This document shows, piece by piece, positions 19,859-30,153 of a DNA stretch of 64,000 bases (positions are counted from its first letter, which is position 1; the number at the start of each line of letters is the position of its first letter). A program made the position numbers and the translations under genes. Origin of the DNA: Rickettsiales bacterium (GTDB lineage Bacteria > Pseudomonadota > Alphaproteobacteria > Rickettsiales > UBA8987). The DNA is taken from assembly GCA_020630095.1 (NCBI GenBank), contig JAHDCD010000001.1:133698-197697 (forward strand), in the 5' to 3' direction. The notes beneath the pieces were generated by a model, which did not search any database, was not told the origin of the DNA, and saw nothing but the letters and a program-made list of their open reading frames with translations.

Positions 19859-20554
19859 CTACTTAATCAAAGTAAAATTACCTTCGCCATTTACGGCTTT
19901 ACCGAATGCGCCTTTATCGCGGATGCTAAATACGGATATTGGCATGTTATTATCGCGGGCGATTGCGATTGCTGCGCCGTCCATAACTTTTAAGTTTTTT
20001 TCTAGTACAGTTTTATAATCTACTTCTCCATAGCGCTTAGCATCTGGATTAGTTTTTGGGTCGCTACAATATACGCCATCAACTTGCGTGCCTTTTAATA
20101 GCATTTCACAGTTAAGTTCAACTGCACGAAGTGCGGCGGCTGAATCTGTTGTGAAATATGGGTTACCTGTACCTGCGGCGCAGATAATAATTCTACCGCG
20201 CTCCATGTGGCGTTTAGCGCGGCGACGAATAAATGGTTCGCAAACGGCATTCATAGTAATGGCTGAAAGAACGCGCGTTTCAACGTCCATTTTTTCTAAA
20301 GTATTTTGCAGAGCTATTGCATTCATAACAGTTGCTAGCATTCCCATGTAGTCTGCTGAGGCTCTGTCCATCCCTGCTTTTGCCATGGTTTGACCGCGAA
20401 AAATATTTCCACCGCCAACTACAATTGCTACTTCGTTGCCGGCATCTTTTACGGCTTTAATTTCTTCGCATATTATTTTTAATGTTGATAATGAATGGCC
20501 GAAGTCATCGTCACCCATTAAAGATTCGCCAGATAGTTTAAGTAGCACACGTTT
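19859..20554 (-). CDS. pyrH: UMP kinase
   Basis: [39 protein letters not shown]. The track ORF extends upstream to 20572 (MTRIIMKRV), abutting the palindrome. Confidence 0.96.
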   Translation of the reverse strand, partial: KRVLLKLSGESLMGDDDFGHSLSTLKIICEEIKAVKDAGNEVAIVVGGGNIFRGQTMAKAGMDRASADYMGMLATVMNAIALQNTLEKMDVETRVLSAITMNAVCEPFIRRRAKRHMERGRIIICAAGTGNPYFTTDSAAALRAVELNCEMLLKGTQVDGVYCSDPKTNPDAKRYGEVDYKTVLEKNLKVMDGAAIAIARDNNMPISVFSIRDKGAFGKAVNGEGNFTLIK

Positions 20555-20572
20555 CATAATAATTCTAGTCAT

Positions 20573-20642
20573 GTCATTCCCGCGAAGGCGGGAATCTCAT
20601 AACAAGATTTTCAAGGGAGATTCCCGCCTTCGCGGGAATGAC
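20573..20642. repeat. Intergenic REP-like palindromic element
   Basis: GTCATTCCCGCGAAGGCGGGAATCTC...GAGATTCCCGCCTTCGCGGGAATGAC, arms of 26 bp. Confidence 0.95.
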
Positions 20643-20653
20643 AACATCTATCT

Positions 20654-21829
20654 TTAAGCAGCCTTACTTTCAGCTTCTGCTTTGATTTCTTCAAATGCCC
20701 ATTTTATCCAAGGCATAAGTGCTTCAATATCTGATGTTTCAACTGTTGCGCCACCCCAAATACGTAAGCCGGCAGGGGCATCGCGGTAAGCACCAATGTC
20801 GTAGGCTACGCCTTCAGCATCAAGAGCTTTAACAATTTGTTTTGCCTTAGCTTGCTGCTCTTCAACCGGTAAATTTGTATACCAGTCATCAGTTATTTTT
20901 AAGCAGATAGATGTTGTTGAGCGTTCATTCTCATTTTCTGCCAAAAATCCTAACCAATCAGAATTATCTGCAACAAAATCTTCAACGGCTTTTAAGTTTG
21001 CCGTTGAGCGTTTTATTAAGCCTTGTAAGCCGCCTTCGCTTTCTGCCCAGTTGCAGAAATCTAGCGCGTCTTCAACACATAGCATTGAAGGTGTGTTAAT
21101 TGTTGATCCCTCAAAAATACTTGCGTTTAATTTGCCACCTTTAGTTAAGCGGAAAATTTTTGGAAGAGGGCGGTCAGGTGCATAGCTTTCTAACCTTTCA
21201 ACTGCGCGCGGTGAAAGAATTAATATTCCATGCGCAGCTTCTGAGCCCATAACTTTCTGCCAAGAATATGTTAATACATCAATTTTGCTCCAGTCAATAT
21301 CCTGAGCTAACACACCAGATGTTGCATCGCAAATGGTTATGCCTTCGCGGTCGTTTGCTATCCAGTCTAGGTTAGGGCATTTAACACCAGATGTTGTACC
21401 GTTTAATGTGAATACGATATCACGCGTTTTTGTATCAACTTCTGCAAAGTTTGGTAGCACACCATAATCAGCTACGACAGTTTCTAAATTATCCAATTTT
21501 AATTGCTTCGCGGCATCCGTTACCCATGCTGAGCCAAAGCTTTCCCATGCAAGTACTGTAGTTGGTTTACAACCAAGCATTGACCACATTGCCATTTCTA
21601 CTGCGCCAGTATCCGATGCGGGAACAACACCTAAATGGTAACCCTCAGGTAGTTGTAATAATGCTTTTTGCTTTTCGATAACTTCTTTAAGTTTTTTCTT
21701 ACCGATTGATGACCTGTGAGATCTACCAAGGGCGGCATCACTTAATGCGTTCAAACTCCAGTTTGGACGTTTAGAAGTTGGACCAGATGAAAAGTTTGGA
21801 TTATTAGGTTTTACCGAAGGTTTAGACAT
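20654..21829 (-). CDS. serC: Phosphoserine aminotransferase (alphaproteobacterial type)
   Basis: [34 protein letters not shown]; [28 protein letters not shown]. Confidence 0.94.
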   Translation of the reverse strand: MSKPSVKPNNPNFSSGPTSKRPNWSLNALSDAALGRSHRSSIGKKKLKEVIEKQKALLQLPEGYHLGVVPASDTGAVEMAMWSMLGCKPTTVLAWESFGSAWVTDAAKQLKLDNLETVVADYGVLPNFAEVDTKTRDIVFTLNGTTSGVKCPNLDWIANDREGITICDATSGVLAQDIDWSKIDVLTYSWQKVMGSEAAHGILILSPRAVERLESYAPDRPLPKIFRLTKGGKLNASIFEGSTINTPSMLCVEDALDFCNWAESEGGLQGLIKRSTANLKAVEDFVADNSDWLGFLAENENERSTTSICLKITDDWYTNLPVEEQQAKAKQIVKALDAEGVAYDIGAYRDAPAGLRIWGGATVETSDIEALMPWIKWAFEEIKAEAESKAA

Positions 21830-21881
21830 GCAGTAATATTTAACAAGATGCCTAAATTATGCAATTATTCTTTATAATTAA

Positions 21882-22106
21882 TTCAATTTTCTCAAATATA
21901 GAAAATCTTTTAAGTGTATAAATTTGAAAAAATAATATTTTAAGGGTGTTTTAGGTAGGAAATCCTTATATTTCAATGTATCGCGTTATATTTAAGGCAA
22001 AATAAGTATAAAAAAATGGTAAAAAACGTTCATTTTTTTACGTTTTTTAAGCAAAAACCTGAATTTTTATTGAGGAGATTTACTTTTTGAAGGTGGATTA
22101 ACGATG
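21882..22106. repeat. Diverged AT-rich dispersed intergenic element, copy A
   Basis: Shares ordered blocks with 52542-52755: AATATAGAAAAT, AATAATATTT, TTATATTTCAAT, AAAAAATGGT, AAAAAACGTTC and CGTTTTTTAA. Confidence 0.6.
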
Positions 22107-22198
22107 TAATTAAAATATATAGCCGAGTTTATTTACTGGAAGAGGGGAATTATAGTCTTTTCTAATTTGCAAAATAGTCATTTTGTAAATTATTGTTG

Positions 22199-22429
22199 GT
22201 TAAGTAGATTTCCTTAACAGTCAATCTACTTAACATTCGCCGCGCTACGCTTGCGCAACATAAGGGCGTGCTAGCCCTTATGTTGATAGTAAAACAATTA
22301 ATTTCCTGCGGAAATCTAATTAGTTTACTATAGGTTCATTGCTTCGCAATGCAAAACCAGCTCAAGTTGGTTTTGATAGTAAATCCCAATTTATTACATA
22401 AATTAGAATTTACTATATTACCTTGGTAA
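22199..22429. repeat. Cluster of consecutive palindromes (two multi-hairpin modules)
   Basis: GTTAAGTAGATT/AATCTACTTAAC; CAACATAAGGGC/GCCCTTATGTTG; ATAGTAAA..TTTACTAT; CATTGC/GCAATG; AAAACCA/TGGTTTT; TTACCTTGGTAA. Confidence 0.9.
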
Positions 22430-22873
22430 TGTAGGGGGGCTAACCTCATTCTTAATCAATTTTAGATCAATACTTTTTCCACCAACCTCAGGTTTAGGTC
22501 TTTGATGAGCATCAGCTCTAATACTACCTAATACTATACTTAAATGATCCATAGAAGTTAACTCTTCACGAATCTGGGTTAAAGTTTCTGAAACTTTTTG
22601 AACTATAGGTACCCCCGCTTTTTCTAGGTTTTTAAGATCAGATAATTTAAATTCCAGTTTTAGATGTTTTTCGCCAATATTTTGATAATCAATACCTAGT
22701 GGCTCGAGCTCCTCTTCAACGATGGCTATACTTTCTTCGTTTTCAAATTCAAAAACAAAGGTATCACCACCATTAAGTTCCATAGCCCTATCTTTTGCCC
22801 ATTGTGGAACGATAACTTTTGAGGATAAAAAGGCTTCTTGTGCATCAGTAGAGAATATTTGAGCTTCTGTCAT
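22418..22873 (-). CDS. Hypothetical protein (151 aa)
   Basis: Open frame between two palindromic clusters; its C terminus reads into palindromic DNA. Confidence 0.6.
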   Translation of the reverse strand: MTEAQIFSTDAQEAFLSSKVIVPQWAKDRAMELNGGDTFVFEFENEESIAIVEEELEPLGIDYQNIGEKHLKLEFKLSDLKNLEKAGVPIVQKVSETLTQIREELTSMDHLSIVLGSIRADAHQRPKPEVGGKSIDLKLIKNEVSPPTLPR

Positions 22874-22913
22874 ATAAAAAACCCTACAATATAATAATTA
22901 AAAAAACGTTAAC

Positions 22914-22949
22914 AAAAAAGGCGGCTCTAAATTAATAAAGCCGCCTTTT
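22914..22949. terminator. Probable bidirectional Rho-independent terminator
   Basis: AAAAAGGCGGCT - loop - AGCCGCCTTTT. Confidence 0.7.
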
Positions 22950-22969
22950 GATAATTAGGTTCTTTAAAG

Positions 22970-23066
22970 TATAGTAAATTCTAATTTACTATCAGAATAA
23001 GCTTGAGCTTATTCTGCGCCGCGAAGCGAGCGAGCCTAATTTACACGCCAACCGGCGTGTAAATTA
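22970..23066. repeat. Multi-hairpin palindromic module (copy M3)
   Basis: ATAGTAAATTCTAATTTACTAT, CAGAATAAG/CTTATTCTG and TAATTTACACGCC/GGCGTGTAAATTA in series. Confidence 0.9.
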
Positions 23067-23084
23067 TAAAAGACTATAGACTTA

Positions 23085-24764
<1,680 letters not shown>

Positions 24765-24776
24765 TTATGTTATTAT

Positions 24777-25049
24777 TTATGCTACTTTAGCAATAATATC
24801 TGATTGGTTAAAAATTAAGTGCTCTGTACCTTCAATATCAATTTCAGTACCACCCCATTTAGCGATTAATACTGTGTCGCCTTCTTTAACGTTCATAGGC
24901 TCATCTTTTGTGCCCTCGCCAACAGCTGTAACAATAGCTTTGTTTGGCTTTTCTTTTGCGTTATCTGGAATGATAATGCCAGATGCTGTTTTAGTCTCTT
25001 CAGCTTCTCTTTTTACTAATACGCGGTTGCCTAATGGAATTACTTTCAT
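24777..25049 (-). CDS. groES: 10 kDa co-chaperonin GroES
   Basis: MKVIPLGNRVLVKREAEETKTASGIIIPDNAKEKPNKAIVTAVGEG. Confidence 0.98.
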   Translation of the reverse strand: MKVIPLGNRVLVKREAEETKTASGIIIPDNAKEKPNKAIVTAVGEGTKDEPMNVKEGDTVLIAKWGGTEIDIEGTEHLIFNQSDIIAKVA

Positions 25050-25152
25050 GTTTTTCTCCTAATTTTTTCCTTTAATATAAAAAATTAACGTTATGTTAAC
25101 AAAGGTAATCTACTATGTAATAAGTAATATATAGTGAGATATACCTTTTGGT

Positions 25153-28017
25153 GTGGCAATAATATGGGTTATTAATGGCTTAATTTCAAGTGTGATGAAT
25201 AAATTTTTTATAAAAATCCTTAGTTTAATTTGTGTGGTTTCTATTATTTTAACCACAAGCCCCGAGTTTGGAAGGGCGAACGAGTATTTTGACTACGATA
25301 CTGTTAGTAGAAATAATACTAATCCTAGGCTTATTCAAGCTGCGGCATATGGTAATATTGCAATTGTAGAGCAAGAGTTGTTGGCAGGTGCAAATGTTAA
25401 TATGATAGGTGTGTCGGGTACAACGGCATTAATGCAGGCTGCGTATAATAACGACTTTGAAATGACTGAGTTTTTAATTCAGTCGGGTGCTAGCCTTGAC
25501 CAACGTGATAGAAATCAACGTACGGCGGCGGAATATGCGGCGGCGGCTGACAATGTGCGTATGATAGAGCTTTTAGGTGCGTATGGTGCGGATATTGATA
25601 AATTTATAGTAGGAAAAACAGATTATGGCAGTTTATTATATACAACATTAGGTGTTGTAGCTGTTTTAGCGGCTGCGGGTGCTTTAGGTACAGATGGAGA
25701 GCCGGAAGATTCTACTGGCGGTGGTGGTACAACGCCAACTGTTCCTACGCCAGACCCAGGAACTGGCGGTTCAACGCCAACTGGGAATGTGGTTATTCCC
25801 GTTGCTCCGGAATCTGGAACGGCCTCAACATTTGAAGACACTGAATATGGAACTTCTGGTGCGCATGCCATTGTAAATGCCTCAGCAGCTTATGCGCGTG
25901 GTTATGATGGCTCTGTATTTACTCGTGATGCTGATGGTGCAAACCCTGTATTGGATGCATCTAAGGCTGTTAGGGTTGCGGTAATTGATGGTGGCATTGA
26001 TATTCATCATACAGATTTAGACGATAATTTAGCTACAACAGGCGCTAGGTGTTTAACATCGGGGTGCTTTGGTGATGGTGATGCTAGTGCATCCGAAGAT
26101 AATCATGGTACATTAGTTTCTTCATTAATTTTAGGTGAAGATAATAATTCCGGTGCAATGGGTATTGCGCCTGATGCAAAATTAATTCCTATCAATGCAA
26201 TTACGGCGGGTGGCTCAACTTCACGTGCGTTTGCTCATGCGGTGGGTAATGGCGCAGATATTATTAATAATAGTTGGGGTATTACAGATTTAGCTGGTAG
26301 AGAGGTGTATATTGCTGGCAATTCTACCGCAGCGGATGCTCAAGCCGCATTTAGTGGTGAAAATCAATTTAATGGTATTACGGATGGCGTTAACAATGGC
26401 TCTGTATTTGTATTTGCTACAGGTAATAGTGGTAATTCTGAACCGAATATAGTTGCTGGCTTACCTTTCTATTTTAATGGTGCGGCTAATAATGGTATCA
26501 ATACTTCAAATGTAGATTTACGTAATAATTGGATTGCAGTTGGTGCGTATAGCGCATCTGGTACGAATAATTTAGCATCGTTCTCTAATGCTTGCGGTGT
26601 GGCTAAAGATTGGTGTTTAGTTGCCCCTGGTTCTAGCTTAACGGGTGCGGCTAATGGTGGTGCAACTACTGGGTCATCGGCTACAACATCTGAAACTGGT
26701 ACAAGTTTTGCGGCGCCTGTAGTTTCTGGTGCATTGGCAGTTGTAATGGGTGCGTTCCCGCATTTATCAACTGAGCAGGCGGCTAGTATTTTGTTACAAA
26801 CGGCTACAGATTTAGGTCCGGCGGGTGTTGATGAATTTACGGGGCATGGTTTATTAAATTTAGATTCTGCAACTACACCAGGTGGTTCATTTGTTGTACC
26901 TACGGGCGGTAGTGCAGGTGTTTCACAATTTAGTGCAACGGGTACGGGGTTGGCATTTGGTAGAGCTTCAGCCAGTGCAGTTGGTTCGGAGAACAAGTTA
27001 ATGGTTATAGATTACCTTGGGCGTAATACATATATTGATGTGAATGATTTTACTTCATCTAGCAATGAGCGCTCAGAAAGCGTGAATGATTTATATAATA
27101 AATTCTCTAACAATCCTGATATTGAATTTAACGATGGTAAAACGGAATTTACATTAACAACGCGTTTACAGAATCGTGATGAGCTTGATAGATTTTCAGA
27201 GGAAGATTTACAAGGTTTCCAATATAAAGAGCAATTAAACAAGAAGACTAAGGTGGGTTTTGCCTATAACATGCCAGTTGATAATTCTGGCATTGGTTTG
27301 AATCAGTCTGATAATATACTTAGTTTAGCTGAGAAAGGGTATTCAGCTTCAATTGAAGGGCAGGGCTATAAGTTAGGTTTATTCAATGGGGAGTCACTTG
27401 ATAATGAAGATATTAAGTCTTCAGGTATTTATGTGGAGCAGGATATTGCTAAAAATATTTCATTCATTGGTGGTATTATTAATGAAGAGAATAGTTTTGT
27501 AGGTAATGCATCTTCTGGTGCATTGGAAGTTGGTGAGGATAATATTACTGCATTTTATGGTTTGAAAGGTGGTTATGATTATTCACCGAATCTTTCATTT
27601 AACGCGGAAGCTATTTTAGCTAATACGGAGCTTTCGGATGCTCCAACGAGTTCATTGGTTAATGGTGCTAGTGACATTATGTCGTCGTCATTCAAGCTTG
27701 GTGCGGCGTATAATGGTTTATTTAAAGCTAATGATAATTTCTCTTTAAACATTGCTCAGCCGTTAAAGGTAGAGCAGGGTACGCTTAATATTGCTACGCC
27801 AACATCTATTTCGGCTGATGGTTCTATTGGTTATGAGAATGATAATTTAAACTTAGCTTCAGATGCTAGGCAGGTGGATTTAGGTTTTGATTATAACCTA
27901 AACTTTGGTCTTGGTACTTCATTAAAAGCGGGTGCTATATTAAAAATGAATCCTAATCATTCATCGGATTACGAGAATGAATCGACAGGCTTCATAAGAT
28001 TGCAGCATAATTTCTAG
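25153..28017 (+). CDS. Secreted ankyrin-repeat + subtilisin-like (S8) protease with C-terminal autotransporter-like beta-barrel
   Basis: Signal peptide, ANK repeats (NPRLIQAAAYGNIAIVEQELLAGANVNMIGVSGTTALMQAAYNNDFEMTEFLIQSGA), S8 triad (VAVIDGGIDI; DNHGTLVSSLI; GTSFAAPVVSGA), C-terminal Phe. An ATG start at 25195 is also plausible. Confidence 0.88.
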   Translation: MAIIWVINGLISSVMNKFFIKILSLICVVSIILTTSPEFGRANEYFDYDTVSRNNTNPRLIQAAAYGNIAIVEQELLAGANVNMIGVSGTTALMQAAYNNDFEMTEFLIQSGASLDQRDRNQRTAAEYAAAADNVRMIELLGAYGADIDKFIVGKTDYGSLLYTTLGVVAVLAAAGALGTDGEPEDSTGGGGTTPTVPTPDPGTGGSTPTGNVVIPVAPESGTASTFEDTEYGTSGAHAIVNASAAYARGYDGSVFTRDADGANPVLDASKAVRVAVIDGGIDIHHTDLDDNLATTGARCLTSGCFGDGDASASEDNHGTLVSSLILGEDNNSGAMGIAPDAKLIPINAITAGGSTSRAFAHAVGNGADIINNSWGITDLAGREVYIAGNSTAADAQAAFSGENQFNGITDGVNNGSVFVFATGNSGNSEPNIVAGLPFYFNGAANNGINTSNVDLRNNWIAVGAYSASGTNNLASFSNACGVAKDWCLVAPGSSLTGAANGGATTGSSATTSETGTSFAAPVVSGALAVVMGAFPHLSTEQAASILLQTATDLGPAGVDEFTGHGLLNLDSATTPGGSFVVPTGGSAGVSQFSATGTGLAFGRASASAVGSENKLMVIDYLGRNTYIDVNDFTSSSNERSESVNDLYNKFSNNPDIEFNDGKTEFTLTTRLQNRDELDRFSEEDLQGFQYKEQLNKKTKVGFAYNMPVDNSGIGLNQSDNILSLAEKGYSASIEGQGYKLGLFNGESLDNEDIKSSGIYVEQDIAKNISFIGGIINEENSFVGNASSGALEVGEDNITAFYGLKGGYDYSPNLSFNAEAILANTELSDAPTSSLVNGASDIMSSSFKLGAAYNGLFKANDNFSLNIAQPLKVEQGTLNIATPTSISADGSIGYENDNLNLASDARQVDLGFDYNLNFGLGTSLKAGAILKMNPNHSSDYENESTGFIRLQHNF

Positions 28018-28032
28018 AATATTTTATAAAGC

Positions 28033-28207
28033 GAACGAATGTGAGTGGTGGGGGCAGAGGGCCTTAGCGGCTATGCCGCCATTTAATAATACAAGTACAT
28101 CTGTACCTAATACGAACGAATGTGAGTGGTAGGGGCAGAGGGCCTTAGCGGCTATGCCGCCATTTAATAATACAAGTACATCTGTACCTAATACGAACGA
28201 ATGTGAG
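28033..28207 (-). repeat. Two 81-bp tandem units downstream of the CAT tRNA, each ending in a copy of the tRNA 3' end
   Basis: On the minus strand each unit reads CTCACATTCGTTC...GGCGGCATAGCCGCTAAGGCCCTCTGCCCCTACCA; unit ends at 28127 and 28046, plus a partial third unit. Confidence 0.93.
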
Positions 28208-28284
28208 TGGTAGGGGCAGAGGGACTTGAACCCCCGACAAAGACGTTATGAGCGTCCTGCTCTAACCAACTGAGCTATGCCCCT
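28208..28284 (-). tRNA. tRNA with CAT anticodon (elongator Met, or Ile2 if lysidine-modified)
   Basis: AGGGGCATAGCTCAGTTGGTTAGAGCAGGACGCTCATAACGTCTTTGTCGGGGGTTCAAGTCCCTCTGCCCCTACCA folds as a cloverleaf. Confidence 0.93.
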
Positions 28285-28379
28285 ACAGGTTAGATGTAAA
28301 GTTTATAATTAATTGTTTCTTATGCATCAAGTGTTTTAAACTTAATAATTTCTTAACGAACTTTTATTATAATATAATC

Positions 28380-29339
28380 GTGGTTCAATTTTATGAATTA
28401 AATAGAGAAGGGCGCCTAGAATTGGTTGATTCAAAGAAGGATTTCAATCGAGGTGATAACGTGCTTTTATACCTTGGCCCTATAGAGGCTAGTTCAGATA
28501 ATAAAAATCAGCATATAGGAGGGATTAAGGTACTAAGGGATATTATAGGTGAGGATGTTATAAATAGCAGGGGGCTTAGATTGGTGTCTTTTCCTTATGA
28601 AGATATTAGTCAAAATAGTCTAAATTTTAACTGCTATAGGATGGAAAGAGATTCTTATTGTTCATTAGAGGCAAAAGAGTTGTTTGAGGCTTTACAATCT
28701 ATGACAGAATTCGGAAGCTCAGTTTCAATTGCAGCGCACAGTTATGGTACATCGTTTTTTGCTCAAATGGTTAATGGAAATAGATTTAAGCAAGGTGAGG
28801 GTTTAGAGGTAATACCAAGAATTTTTACTGGTACTGTAGTTCAATTAGGGCATGTGGAGCAAATGAAGGGTGATACTTTAGCAATGTATGGTATGAATGA
28901 TAAGGTGCTTGAGAATAGAGGTGTTTATCTAGATTCATATTTCAATATGGATACAGAGCTTGAAATATTAGATAAGGGCAATTCTGTTATGGTTGCAGGA
29001 ATGATTCCTACGAAAATTAATTTCTTTCGAGGAGGTGGGGGTGATTTGCGATATGAGAAGCATAAAGGGCTTAAAGATCATGAGGCGCATATTTTACCTG
29101 CGTATGTCTCTGCTGGAGCGGGTTGTGAGTTAGAAGTTGGTAACCCTGTAGAAACACCAATAAGCTATGCGTATAAGAATGCTTTAATTAATATGGTTCT
29201 AGGGCGGAGCCTTTCAGTGGATTCGTTGGCTTATTCAGATTTTCATTCTAAGTCACCTGAAAAGGCTGTTCCATCAGTTTATGCCCAACAAATGGAGTTG
29301 AGGGTGATGCAGGCTGTGGATAGAATGAATGGTATATAG
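28380..29339 (+). CDS. Hypothetical alpha/beta-hydrolase-like protein (319 aa)
   Basis: AAHSYGTSFFAQM resembles a nucleophile-elbow (xHSxG) motif; no family assigned. Confidence 0.5.
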   Translation: MVQFYELNREGRLELVDSKKDFNRGDNVLLYLGPIEASSDNKNQHIGGIKVLRDIIGEDVINSRGLRLVSFPYEDISQNSLNFNCYRMERDSYCSLEAKELFEALQSMTEFGSSVSIAAHSYGTSFFAQMVNGNRFKQGEGLEVIPRIFTGTVVQLGHVEQMKGDTLAMYGMNDKVLENRGVYLDSYFNMDTELEILDKGNSVMVAGMIPTKINFFRGGGGDLRYEKHKGLKDHEAHILPAYVSAGAGCELEVGNPVETPISYAYKNALINMVLGRSLSVDSLAYSDFHSKSPEKAVPSVYAQQMELRVMQAVDRMNGI

Positions 29340-29427
29340 AATATTATAACATTCTACATAAACATTGTATAATATATATTATGTTAAATAAGATGTTTGG
29401 GTTGAATTGGTATAACTATTATATATA

Positions 29428-30153
29428 TTAGTCACTTAATGCAGAGATTGCATCTTTTACGCTAAATTTATTTTCATAAATGGCACGGCCAGAAATTACA
29501 CCTTCAACGCCTGACGATTTTATTTTAGCTACTTCTTTAAGGTCTGGAAGTGATGAAATTCCACCAGATGCGATTATTGGAATATCTGCTGCTTCTGCGA
29601 GTGCTTTTGTTGATTCTGTATTAACACCAGCCATTGCACCATCGCGTGCAATATCTGTATATATAATTGCGGCGATGCCGAAGCCTTGATATTCTTTGGC
29701 TAGTTCTATAACATCTATGCCTGAGTCTTCAGCCCAACCATCTGTTGCAACTTTGCCATCTTTAGCATCTAAGCCCAAAATTATTTTATTGCCGTATTCT
29801 TTACAAATTTCTTTAGTAAGTTCTTTATTTTTAACGGCGATTGTACCTAGTATTACGCGCGATACGCCTGCATCTAGCCAGCGTTTAACATCGTTTTTTG
29901 AGCGTATGCCACCACCTAGTTGAACTGGCATTTTTACCGCGCCTATTATAGATTTAACGGATTCTTCATTAATTGCTTTACCTTCAAATGCGCCGTTAAG
30001 GTCTACAACGTGTAAATATTGAGCGCCCTCTTCTTCAAACTGCAACGCTTGATCTTTAGGAGAGTTGGAGAAAATCGTAGCTTTATCCATCTCGCCTTGG
30101 TATAATCGTACGCAATTGCCGTCCTTTAAATCTATTGCTGGGTAAAAATTCAT
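29428..30153 (-). CDS. hisA: Phosphoribosylformimino-5-aminoimidazole carboxamide ribotide isomerase
   Basis: MNFYPAIDLKDGNCVRLYQGEMDKATIFSNSP; GGGIRS. Confidence 0.96.
   Translation of the reverse strand: MNFYPAIDLKDGNCVRLYQGEMDKATIFSNSPKDQALQFEEEGAQYLHVVDLNGAFEGKAINEESVKSIIGAVKMPVQLGGGIRSKNDVKRWLDAGVSRVILGTIAVKNKELTKEICKEYGNKIILGLDAKDGKVATDGWAEDSGIDVIELAKEYQGFGIAAIIYTDIARDGAMAGVNTESTKALAEAADIPIIASGGISSLPDLKEVAKIKSSGVEGVISGRAIYENKFSVKDAISALSD

Noticed and set aside
20555-20572. N-terminal extension of pyrH (MTRIIMKRV...)
   Set aside because: [11 protein letters not shown] is the usual PyrH start; the extension only reaches the edge of the palindromic element.
22199-23066. Integron attC-like sites
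   Set aside because: Multiple hairpins are present, but there are no recognisable attC core (GTTRRRY) pairs, no cassette array and no integron integrase in the window.
25050-25152. CIRCE (HrcA) operator upstream of groES
   Set aside because: No TTAGCACTC-N9-GAGTGCTAA-like inverted repeat is visible in the groES upstream region.
26469-26996. Minus-strand ORF opposite the subtilase gene
   Set aside because: It is the complement of a well-supported coding region with Ala/Pro/Val-rich shadow composition.
28033-28207. Direct repeats near a tRNA considered as a CRISPR array
   Set aside because: The units are contiguous 81-bp tandem copies with no unique spacers, and each contains the neighbouring tRNA 3' end. 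The same reasoning excludes 57679-57868.
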